From Planctomycetota bacterium (GTDB lineage Bacteria; Planctomycetota; UBA1135; UBA2386): a stretch of 64,000 nt of DNA. Below are positions 41,032-48,826 of this stretch, one piece after another (positions within the stretch are counted from its first letter, which is position 1; each line of letters starts with the position of its first letter). The translations under genes and the position numbers were made by a program. Where the stretch lies: assembly GCA_965228735.1 (NCBI GenBank), contig OZ245838.1, forward strand, positions 3,424,001 to 3,488,000, in the 5' to 3' direction. The notes below the pieces were generated by a model, which was not told the origin of the DNA, searched no databases, and saw only the letters and a list, made by a program, of their open reading frames with translations.

Positions 41032-41838
41032 CTAGAACGACCAGTTCACGCCGACCGTGAGCCACCACGGGTCGTCGTCGATGCCGAGCTGGCTGAACCA
41101 GTCGTCGAGCGTGCTGTCCATGATCGCGGAGCCGTGCAGGCCGCCGCTGATCGTCGTGCGTTCGTCGTAGGCGTAGGCGACGGTGAGCGACGCCTGCAGG
41201 TTGGTGAAGCTCGACTCGTCCAGCCCGTAGAGCCACGCCGCCTGGCTGCTGCCCGCGTACGACAGGTTGCCGTCCGCCGTGAGCGTCCAGCCTTCCGCGA
41301 GTTCGAAGTCCTCCTGCATGCCGGCCGTGAAGTACGACGACCGCACCTCGTCGAAGTCGTAGCGGTAGGACACGTATGGCACCGCGCCGAGCAGCTCGGT
41401 GCTCGCGTTGACGAAGACCTCCGTCGTGCCGCCGCGCTCGCCGTTGGGGAACTCGAGGCCGTTGGGCAGGTTGTAGCTGTGGATGCCGCCGCTCACGGAG
41501 AACTCGCCGAGCTGCTGCGTCCAGTCGGCGATGTACTCCATCTGCGTGAACCGCCCGGCGTGACCGTCGGGGAACCACGCCGCGCCGACGTTGTTCGTCA
41601 GGTCCATGCTGGCTTCGGCCCGCACGCCGAGCTGCCCGCCTTCGACCGTCGTCGGGAACACGACGTCGAGGTGCGGCTGCAGCACGGGGCGATTGACCTG
41701 CGTCATGCCGCGGTGGATGAACCGATCCGCGAGCCGCGCGCCGATGCCGACGGTCGGCGCCTGATCCGGCGGAACGAAGCACCCGGATGCCAGGGCGCAG
41801 ACGAGAAGCAACGGAACGAGACGGAGTGAGCGTGGCAA
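41032..41838 (-). CDS. Putative outer-membrane beta-barrel protein (TorF-like)
   Basis: Lipobox-like LASGC, 'DRFIHRGMTQ...PVLQP' N-terminal motif and terminal 'TVGVNWSF'. Start uncertain (TTG 41838, or ATG 41940/41946). Confidence 0.7.
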   Translation of the reverse strand: MPRSLRLVPLLLVCALASGCFVPPDQAPTVGIGARLADRFIHRGMTQVNRPVLQPHLDVVFPTTVEGGQLGVRAEASMDLTNNVGAAWFPDGHAGRFTQMEYIADWTQQLGEFSVSGGIHSYNLPNGLEFPNGERGGTTEVFVNASTELLGAVPYVSYRYDFDEVRSSYFTAGMQEDFELAEGWTLTADGNLSYAGSSQAAWLYGLDESSFTNLQASLTVAYAYDERTTISGGLHGSAIMDSTLDDWFSQLGIDDDPWWLTVGVNWSF

Positions 41839-41954
41839 GCGGATCCTCGGGCGCGGGTTTGCCTCGGCAGAGGCGGGCCGCGGCAGTGTCGAGAACCAGC
41901 AGCCGCAATGCAACGCGGAAGCCGGTTCGTCGCCGGGCATCCGCATCCAACGGT

Positions 41955-43334
41955 TCAGAAGTCGAAGCGCAGCGCGACGAGGACGTTCGAGTTGTTGGGG
42001 AACAAGGCGAAGAAGCCCGGCTCGCTGCGGTCGATCTCGAACCAGCGCAGCCCGACCTCGAGCTGGAGGTCGCGGTGGATCATGCGCAGCTGTCGCTCGA
42101 AGATTCCCTCCGCGAACCACTCCTCGCCGCTGGCATCGACGACCGCGCGCAGTTCGAAGCTCGTCCGGTCGAAGTCGTTCGCCTCCCAGAACGCGCGCAC
42201 CACGAGGTCGTCGGAGAACGGCCGGAACCGCGACGTCGGGTCGTTCGCGCCCGTCTCCCCCACCCACTCGACCGTCGCCGTGATCTGGTCCTTGTCGGTG
42301 AAGACGTTGGGGAACAGCCGGTCGAACCCGAACGCGTACTGCAGGTACTCGTCGGCGAGCATCGCGGGCCGGCCGTCGAACCGGTACGGGATCTTGTAGA
42401 CGACCTCGGCCTTGAGCGTGTACTCGGCCAGCGACTCGAGGTTGGGCACCGCGCGGAAGCCGCCGCCGACGGTCCAGACGCCGTAGTAGACCGGCGTGAG
42501 ATCGACGCCGCCGCCCGCGTTCGGCGTGACCCCGAAGTCGGGGAAGCGCTCGGGGCCGCGCGCGACGACGAACTGCAGATCGGCGTTGGCCGGCGTCGTC
42601 GTCAGCGTGTTCTGCGTGCGCAGCGCGAAGAACCAGCGATCGAGCCCACCGGGTCGCAGGCCGTCCTCGTCGCGCAGCTCGTTCGGCGGCGTCGCGAGCG
42701 AGAAGCGGTTCTCGTCGGTCGGGAAGCGCGCCGTCTGCAGCACGGGGATCGCGTAGAGCGAGACGATCGGCTCGCCGACGACGTCGCCACCGGGCAGTCG
42801 CCAGCGCCACCGAACGCCGAGCTCGCCGAGCCGCGCCGGATCGAGCGGGTCCTCCGCGAGGTCGCGCCGATTGAGCACGTCGACGGGATTGAACGTGTCC
42901 GCGATGCCCCAGTTCTCGACGAACTGCCCGACGCGCAGGTCCGTGGTCTCGCCCGTCCACGTCGCGTAGGCCTCGAGCGGCAGCGTGCGGACGAGGTCGT
43001 CGTCGAGCGCGTCGATGAGGAAGCGCGGGCGGAAGTAGGCGCCGATCGAACGGGTGATCTCGAGGTCGAACTCCACCTCGAGCTCCTGCACCCATTGCGC
43101 GTCCCGGCGACCGTCGCCGCTGCGGCGATCCTTCACGAACAGCCGCGCGCGCGACTCGAGGAAGCCGCGGATGCCGGTGACGCGCAGGCCGCCGGATTCC
43201 TGGCCCGTGGCCGCGGGATCGTCGAGTCCCTCGAGGTCGTCGAAGCCCTCGAGCCCCTCCAGCGGGTCCTGGGCGATCGCGGCGCCCAGGCTCGCCGCGA
43301 CCAGCCCGGCAACCACGCGCGCGCCGACGGTCAT
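41955..43334 (-). CDS. Putative outer-membrane beta-barrel (DUF1302-like) protein
   Basis: Signal peptide (AIA-Q), 'DLRVGQFVENWGIADTFNPVDVLN' and terminal 'LRFDF'. ATGA overlap with the upstream gene. Confidence 0.78.
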   Translation of the reverse strand: MTVGARVVAGLVAASLGAAIAQDPLEGLEGFDDLEGLDDPAATGQESGGLRVTGIRGFLESRARLFVKDRRSGDGRRDAQWVQELEVEFDLEITRSIGAYFRPRFLIDALDDDLVRTLPLEAYATWTGETTDLRVGQFVENWGIADTFNPVDVLNRRDLAEDPLDPARLGELGVRWRWRLPGGDVVGEPIVSLYAIPVLQTARFPTDENRFSLATPPNELRDEDGLRPGGLDRWFFALRTQNTLTTTPANADLQFVVARGPERFPDFGVTPNAGGGVDLTPVYYGVWTVGGGFRAVPNLESLAEYTLKAEVVYKIPYRFDGRPAMLADEYLQYAFGFDRLFPNVFTDKDQITATVEWVGETGANDPTSRFRPFSDDLVVRAFWEANDFDRTSFELRAVVDASGEEWFAEGIFERQLRMIHRDLQLEVGLRWFEIDRSEPGFFALFPNNSNVLVALRFDF

Positions 43335-44242
43335 CGGCCGCCCGAGATCGCGTCCGTCGTGAACTGCGCGTCGCTGAGGTTGGGGCGCGGCTTGCCGGTG
43401 CGCGGGTTCTCGTAGAGCGCCATGTTCAGCAGCTGGTTGGTCGACTGGATCACCGTGCGCTTCTTGGTCTGCTCGTTGCGCATCTCGAGCTTCATCGGCC
43501 GCCAGAACCGACCATGACGGTGCTTCCACTCGTCGTTCTCGAGCACTTTCAGCAGCCGGTCCGCCTTGTCGAAGAACTCGATGCGTTCCTGCCGCCACAG
43601 CTCGCGATGCAGGTAGATCACGAGGCGCGAGTAACCCGTGTCGGCGTAGCGCGGCCGGGCCTCGAGCGCATACACCGGCGCCTCGCCGGCGGCCGCGTCG
43701 ATCGTCTTCTCCTCGAGGAAGCGCCAGTCGTACTTCGACACGATGCGGTTGCTGAGGTCCTCGTAGGTGAACTCGGTGCCCTGGAAGCTCGCGGTCTTGT
43801 TCGCGCCGGAGATGCGGCGCGTGCGCTTCGTCGCGGGCAGGTAGAGCCAGTTGTCGTCGGTCGCGTCGGGGTGCTCGTGGGTGAGCGCCGCGACGCCCTT
43901 GATCTCGGCGGGCGACAGGAAGCGAACGATCGACTTGTCGCCGTCCGGCTTCTCGAGCACGAGCTGCACCGTCCGGCGCTGGACGGAGTCGCCGCTGCTG
44001 TCGAACAACGTCATGTTCGACACCGCGTACGAGTCCTTCCAACCGGAGTCGAAGAGATCGGCGTAATCGGCGAGCTGGCGGCCGTAGACCGCCGGGTCGC
44101 TCTTGTCGAAGTCGGGCAATGCGGGCACGGGCACGCCGGCGGTGTTCTTCACGTCCTGCGCGGACAGGAACGTGGCGGGCACGGCCGCCATCGCCGCGAC
44201 CGCGACGAAACCGGCGAGAACGGAGCGATTCGAGGGGATCAT
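43331..44242 (-). CDS. Outer-membrane lipoprotein-sorting (LolA-like) protein
   Basis: 'KSIVRFLSPAEIKGVAAL', 'DDNWLYLPATKRTRRISGANKTASFQGTEFTYED' and 'IEFFDK..RLLK'. Confidence 0.9.
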   Translation of the reverse strand: MIPSNRSVLAGFVAVAAMAAVPATFLSAQDVKNTAGVPVPALPDFDKSDPAVYGRQLADYADLFDSGWKDSYAVSNMTLFDSSGDSVQRRTVQLVLEKPDGDKSIVRFLSPAEIKGVAALTHEHPDATDDNWLYLPATKRTRRISGANKTASFQGTEFTYEDLSNRIVSKYDWRFLEEKTIDAAAGEAPVYALEARPRYADTGYSRLVIYLHRELWRQERIEFFDKADRLLKVLENDEWKHRHGRFWRPMKLEMRNEQTKKRTVIQSTNQLLNMALYENPRTGKPRPNLSDAQFTTDAISGGR

Positions 44243-44252
44243 GATCGTTTCT

Positions 44253-47213
44253 CTAGGTCAGCGCGGCGCTCTGCGAGCCGCTCGTCGCGGAGTCGGTTGC
44301 AGCCGTGCGGGCCGCACGGTTGGGGTCAGGCAGCAGCGCGAGCACGGCCGGCGTCACGACGAAGTCCGCGACCCAGGCGAGGCCGATCATCACGGCCGCG
44401 AGCTTGCCCATCATGGAGTTCGGCGCGAACTCACTGAAGATCAGAACAGCGAATCCGAGCACGAGCGTCAGCGTCGTGAACGTGAGCGCGTTGCCGATCG
44501 TGTAGAGCGCCTCGCGCACGGCCGCGATCGTGTCGGCCCCCTTCCGACGCGCGCGGGTGAACTTCGTCAGCAGGTGGATCGTGTCGTCGACCGCCACGCC
44601 GAGCGCAACGGACGAGACGAACACCGCGGGCCCGTCGACGGGGACGCCGAAGAGTCCGAACATGCCGATCGGCACGAAGATCGGCAGCACGTTGGGGATG
44701 ATGCTGACGAGCCCGAGCACGACCGAACGGAAGATCACCATGATGACGAGCACGATCAGGACGAGCGCGATCGACATCGACAGGATGAAGGAGTAGGAGA
44801 ACTTCTCCGTCATGCCGGCGTAGAGCAGCGCCTTGCCCGACAGGGTCATCGACGCGAGCGCCTCGCCGTTCTCCACCTGCGCCGGCGTGCCGGTGAGGAG
44901 CGGAAACTCCGTCTCCGCGATCGTCCGGATGCGATCGAACGCCGCCTGCTGCGACTTGCTCGCCCCCTGGCGCACGCGGCCCTGGTAGCGCACCGTGCGC
45001 CGATCCGGACTCACGAGCGTCGACAGGTTCTCCGCCGGCTTGGCGCCGTTCTCGTATTGCAGGAAGTACTGCGCCGCGAGCGTCGAGGCGTTCTGACCCG
45101 GGATCCACTCGAGGTCCCCGAGCACTTCGTCGACGTAGAGGCGGGGCTGCTGCGCGTCCGCCGGCACGTCGGCCTGCACCGGCGGCCGGTAGAACGCGGC
45201 GTCGCTCTGATTCTGCACCTGGTTCATCTTGCGCAGCACGTCGAGCGCGCCGTCGAGCCGGGTGATCATCCGCAGGTCCGATTCGGGCTCCGCCATCTCG
45301 TCCCGCAGCCGGTCGGTGAAGCGTTCGAGCTCCGTGAGGAACCCCGCGGACACGGCGATACGGCGGCGCTGGAAGTCGGCTTCGGCGCTCGCGAGCTCGG
45401 CCAGTTCGCTCCGCTCCGCAGCCGTCAACGGCGTGGCGAGATCGCGCTCGGCACCGAGCTGGCGCGCCCGGAGCTCGCCGATGCGCTGCTGGCGTGCGAG
45501 CTGGACCGCGTCACTCTCCGGGCGAGCGGGCGCCTCGAACACGATCTCGAGGTCGCCCGATCCGCCGAGCCGCGACTCGATCCAGGTCATGTCGACCATC
45601 GTCACGTTGTCGTCGGGGAACATCGTCCGGAAGTCGGAGTCGAGCTCGATGCGCAGGACGCCGATCACGGCGAGCACGACGACGAGCGCGCTGACCGCGG
45701 TCACGGTGACGCGGCGGCGGATCACGACGTCGACGAAGCGCGTCGCCCAGTTCCGGGAGGGCATCGGCTCGGCAGACGGAGACCCGGAATCTGCCGGGTC
45801 CGCCGCGACGTTCGCCGCCACCTTCGGCAACGGCACGAGCGACAGCAACGCCGGCACGAGCGTCATCGAGGTGAGCCACGCGAAGATCGCACCGACCCCC
45901 GCCGTGTAGCCGAGCATCTGCAGCGGAATGATGTTGCCCGCCGTCAGCGAGTAGAAGCCGATCGCGGTCGTGAGCGTCGTGAGGAACACGGGCAGCGCGT
46001 TGATCCGGATCACGTCCGTGATCAGGGCCCGCTTGTCGGTGTAGCTGCCGCGCAGCATGAAGTAGGAGGCCACGAGGTGGATCGCATCGGCGATCGACAC
46101 GGCCGTGATCATGTTCGGCGCGCCCGCGGTGATGTTGTTGAGCAGGTCACCCCAGAGGAACACCGTCGCCACCATCCCGAAGATCGACGAGAACACGACG
46201 ATCATCGGCGCCGTCACGCCGACCACGCGGCGGAACAGCAGGGCCATCACGAGCACGATCGCGAGGAACATCCAGGCGACCATGCCCATGTCCTCCTCGC
46301 CGGTGACCATGAAGTTGCGTTCGATCGTCGGCATGCCGGCGATGTGGAACTCGCGGCCGTCGCCCGCCTCCGCGAGCGCGGTCTCGATCCCCGACAGGGC
46401 CGACCACTGCGCGTGGTTGCCGTGCATCGCGCCGCCGACGATCTGCGCGTTCTCGTCGTCGCCGAACGCCGCGAGCAGCTCGTCCTCGTCGATGCGCGGC
46501 CGCAGCACCTGCACCTGCAGAGCGGTCGTGCGGCCGTCCTCGCTGATCACGTTGCCGATCAGCCGTGGCTCGCCGATGTGATCCGCGAGCGCGCCGTCGC
46601 TCCCGACGATGTCACGAACGCGCGCCTCGCCGACGACGGCCGCCGCGCGTTCGCCGCCGAGCACCGCGATCATCCGCCGCACGATCTCGCGTTCGTCGTA
46701 GCTCGCAACGTCGCCGGCGAACAGGTCGGTGATGATCAGCCCTTCCTCGGCGGCCGCGCCGCCGACATCCTCGATCGTGCCCCAGCGGATCCACGGGTTG
46801 CTCGTGAGACTGCGCACGTGGCGCACGAACGGCACCTGCTCGATCCGCTCCGTCAGCCGCGCGATCGTCTGCAGCGCCGCGGGCGAGAACGCGCCGAGCT
46901 CGTGGTCGGGGACCTCGAACGCGACGAGCACGAAGTCCTCCGCCGCGAACTTGTCCTCGATCTCCTGGTAGAGCTGCAGCCCCGGATCCTCGGGGTCGAA
47001 CCAGATGTCGTAGCGCGCGTCGAAGACCTTGGGCTGCACGACCTCGGGCGGGTCGACCCGGAGCTGGTCGACCTGGGCCGAGAACTCACCGATCCGGCCG
47101 AAACCCGCGAACACCAGTGCAGCGATCGCGGCGAGCACGGCGAGCGTGGCCGGCCATCGCCAGCGGTAGAGCAGGTCCGCTGCGGCGGACGATTCGGTCT
47201 CGGGAGGGGTCAT
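44253..47213 (-). CDS. MMPL/RND family transporter
   Basis: Two TM halves with 'AVSIADAIHL...LTTLTTAIGF' and 'LGVAVDDTIHL', plus large periplasmic loops. ATG 47213. Confidence 0.93.
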   Translation of the reverse strand: MTPPETESSAAADLLYRWRWPATLAVLAAIAALVFAGFGRIGEFSAQVDQLRVDPPEVVQPKVFDARYDIWFDPEDPGLQLYQEIEDKFAAEDFVLVAFEVPDHELGAFSPAALQTIARLTERIEQVPFVRHVRSLTSNPWIRWGTIEDVGGAAAEEGLIITDLFAGDVASYDEREIVRRMIAVLGGERAAAVVGEARVRDIVGSDGALADHIGEPRLIGNVISEDGRTTALQVQVLRPRIDEDELLAAFGDDENAQIVGGAMHGNHAQWSALSGIETALAEAGDGREFHIAGMPTIERNFMVTGEEDMGMVAWMFLAIVLVMALLFRRVVGVTAPMIVVFSSIFGMVATVFLWGDLLNNITAGAPNMITAVSIADAIHLVASYFMLRGSYTDKRALITDVIRINALPVFLTTLTTAIGFYSLTAGNIIPLQMLGYTAGVGAIFAWLTSMTLVPALLSLVPLPKVAANVAADPADSGSPSAEPMPSRNWATRFVDVVIRRRVTVTAVSALVVVLAVIGVLRIELDSDFRTMFPDDNVTMVDMTWIESRLGGSGDLEIVFEAPARPESDAVQLARQQRIGELRARQLGAERDLATPLTAAERSELAELASAEADFQRRRIAVSAGFLTELERFTDRLRDEMAEPESDLRMITRLDGALDVLRKMNQVQNQSDAAFYRPPVQADVPADAQQPRLYVDEVLGDLEWIPGQNASTLAAQYFLQYENGAKPAENLSTLVSPDRRTVRYQGRVRQGASKSQQAAFDRIRTIAETEFPLLTGTPAQVENGEALASMTLSGKALLYAGMTEKFSYSFILSMSIALVLIVLVIMVIFRSVVLGLVSIIPNVLPIFVPIGMFGLFGVPVDGPAVFVSSVALGVAVDDTIHLLTKFTRARRKGADTIAAVREALYTIGNALTFTTLTLVLGFAVLIFSEFAPNSMMGKLAAVMIGLAWVADFVVTPAVLALLPDPNRAARTAATDSATSGSQSAALT

Positions 47214-47217
47214 CGAG

Positions 47218-47235
47218 CTACCTATCAGTAGGAAG
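47218..47235. promoter_or_regulatory. Putative TetR operator upstream of MMPL gene
   Basis: CTACCTATCAGTAGGAAG with palindromic core CCTA-N4-TAGG. A near copy lies at 47877-47894. Confidence 0.7.
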
Positions 47236-47298
47236 GCTGGGTGAGGAGCGCGGTTCGGTCGTTCGGAGGGTAGAGGCGTGGATCGCAGGCCAATCCGG

Positions 47299-47865
47299 TC
47301 AGAGGCCGAGCGTGCGGCGCAGCTGGCGCACCACGCCACGGAAGAACTCGCGACCGAGCACGGGCTCGGCCTGGCGGGCCCCCTGCAGCGCGGCCATGAG
47401 CATCGCGGCCTGCTCCTGGGCCGCGCCGCGGAACGTGACCTCGCCCGCGGCGCGCGCCGCCTGCAGCAGCTCCGCGAGCTGGTCGCGGAACGCGGTCTTC
47501 TCGGCGGCAAGGGCGGTTCGGACCCGTTCGGACAGGTGCTCGACGTCGACCTCGAACGCGCCCGCCGGGCAGATCTGGTTGCCGAGGTCGAGCAGCACGT
47601 GCTCGGCGAGCTCGAGAATCCGGTCCAGGCCGTGCCCAGGACTCTGGGCCGAGCCGATCACGTCCTGCAGCATCGTATCGCTGCGCTCCCGCCAGAACTC
47701 CAGCAGGGCGACCCCGAGGTCGTCCTTGGTTGCGAAGTGATGGTGGATACTCGCTTTACGAATCTCTAGTTCGTTGGCCAAATCCTGATAGCTGAAGGCA
47801 GCAAAGCTCTTGTGGGAAAGGAGCTCGGCCGCGGTCTCGAGGATCTGGCGCTTGCGGTCGGTCAC
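47299..47865 (-). CDS. TetR/AcrR family transcriptional regulator
   Basis: 'RKRQILETAAELLSHKSFAAFSYQDLANELEIRKASIHHHFATKDDL' HTH and an 'ICP' motif. GTG start. Confidence 0.93.
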   Translation of the reverse strand: MTDRKRQILETAAELLSHKSFAAFSYQDLANELEIRKASIHHHFATKDDLGVALLEFWRERSDTMLQDVIGSAQSPGHGLDRILELAEHVLLDLGNQICPAGAFEVDVEHLSERVRTALAAEKTAFRDQLAELLQAARAAGEVTFRGAAQEQAAMLMAALQGARQAEPVLGREFFRGVVRQLRRTLGL

Positions 47866-47876
47866 GAGCGGTCAAC

Positions 47877-47894
47877 CTACCTACTGGTAGGGAG
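47877..47894. promoter_or_regulatory. Putative TetR autoregulatory operator
   Basis: CTACCTACTGGTAGGGAG, 11 nt upstream of the tetR start, matching 47218-47235. Confidence 0.7.
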
Positions 47895-47967
47895 GCGCAC
47901 AACCCCGCGGCCATGAAATCTCGCGGAAGCCGGATGCAATCGGCCGAATCCGGTCTACTCCCCCGCC

Positions 47968-48750
47968 ATGAAGACCGGACTGCCCGCTCGCCCGTTCTGC
48001 ACCGTGGCAAGAGCCGCGCTCCTCGGCCTGACGTTCGGCATCGCGAGTGGCTGCGCCTACCTCCGCAGTCCCGTCGTGCCGATGCCAACCATGACGTTCG
48101 CGAGCCCGAATGGCGCCGCGGACACGCTGATCGTGCTGCTGCCGGGACTCGGCGACGTGCCGCAGACGTTCGTCGATCGCGGGCTCGTCGACCTCGTGCG
48201 CCAGGCCGTCCCCGACGCCGACATCGTCGCCGCCGATGCGCACATCAACTACTACCGCGAACGCTCGGTGCTCGACCGGCTCCATCACGACGTGATCACA
48301 CCGCGGTCCGCGCGATACGAGAACGTGTGGCTCGTCGGCATCTCGCTCGGCGGCCTCGGCGCGACGCTCTACGCGACCGCGCATCCCGACACCGTCGCCG
48401 GCATCATCCTGCTCGCGCCGTTCCTGGGCGAAGGCGAAGCCCTCACGGAGATCACGGCGGCCGGCGGGTTGGCGGACTGGACACCGCCCGAGGCAACGGC
48501 GATCGCAGCCATGCCCGAGACGCTCGAACGCCGCACGTACGAACTCTGGAGCGGACTGCAGCGCTGGACGGCAAGGGAACGCGACCCCCAGGTCTACGTC
48601 GGCTGGGGCACGGCCGACGACTTCGCGGCCACGAACGCACTGCTCGCCGACGCGCTGCCGAAGGGCCACCACACTTCCCAACCGGGCGGCCACACGTGGG
48701 GCGTATGGCGACCGCTGCTGTCACGACTGCTCGAGACCGCCCAACCCTGA
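47968..48750 (+). CDS. Alpha/beta hydrolase lipoprotein
   Basis: Lipobox IASGC, 'LLPGLGD', nucleophile elbow GISLGG, 'GTADD' and 'GGHTW'. Confidence 0.88.
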   Translation: MKTGLPARPFCTVARAALLGLTFGIASGCAYLRSPVVPMPTMTFASPNGAADTLIVLLPGLGDVPQTFVDRGLVDLVRQAVPDADIVAADAHINYYRERSVLDRLHHDVITPRSARYENVWLVGISLGGLGATLYATAHPDTVAGIILLAPFLGEGEALTEITAAGGLADWTPPEATAIAAMPETLERRTYELWSGLQRWTARERDPQVYVGWGTADDFAATNALLADALPKGHHTSQPGGHTWGVWRPLLSRLLETAQP

Positions 48751-48813
48751 ACGTTACGAACGGCCTGAACAGACGAACCCCCTGAACAGACGAACCCCCT
48801 GAACAACGAACCC
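48745..48813. repeat. ~17-bp tandem repeat x4 starting at a stop codon
   Basis: CCTGAACGTTACGAAC, CCTGAACAGACGAACCC x2, CCTGAACAACGAACCC. Confidence 0.85.
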
Positions 48814-48826
48814 TGGGAGCGGGCGA

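Noticed and set aside
44103..47231. 1042-aa plus-strand ORF (and similar long antisense ORFs such as 5602-7773, 29922-32624, 24352-26751, 36045-38381)
   Set aside because: Shadow frames of real genes caused by high GC3. They contain no recognisable motifs.
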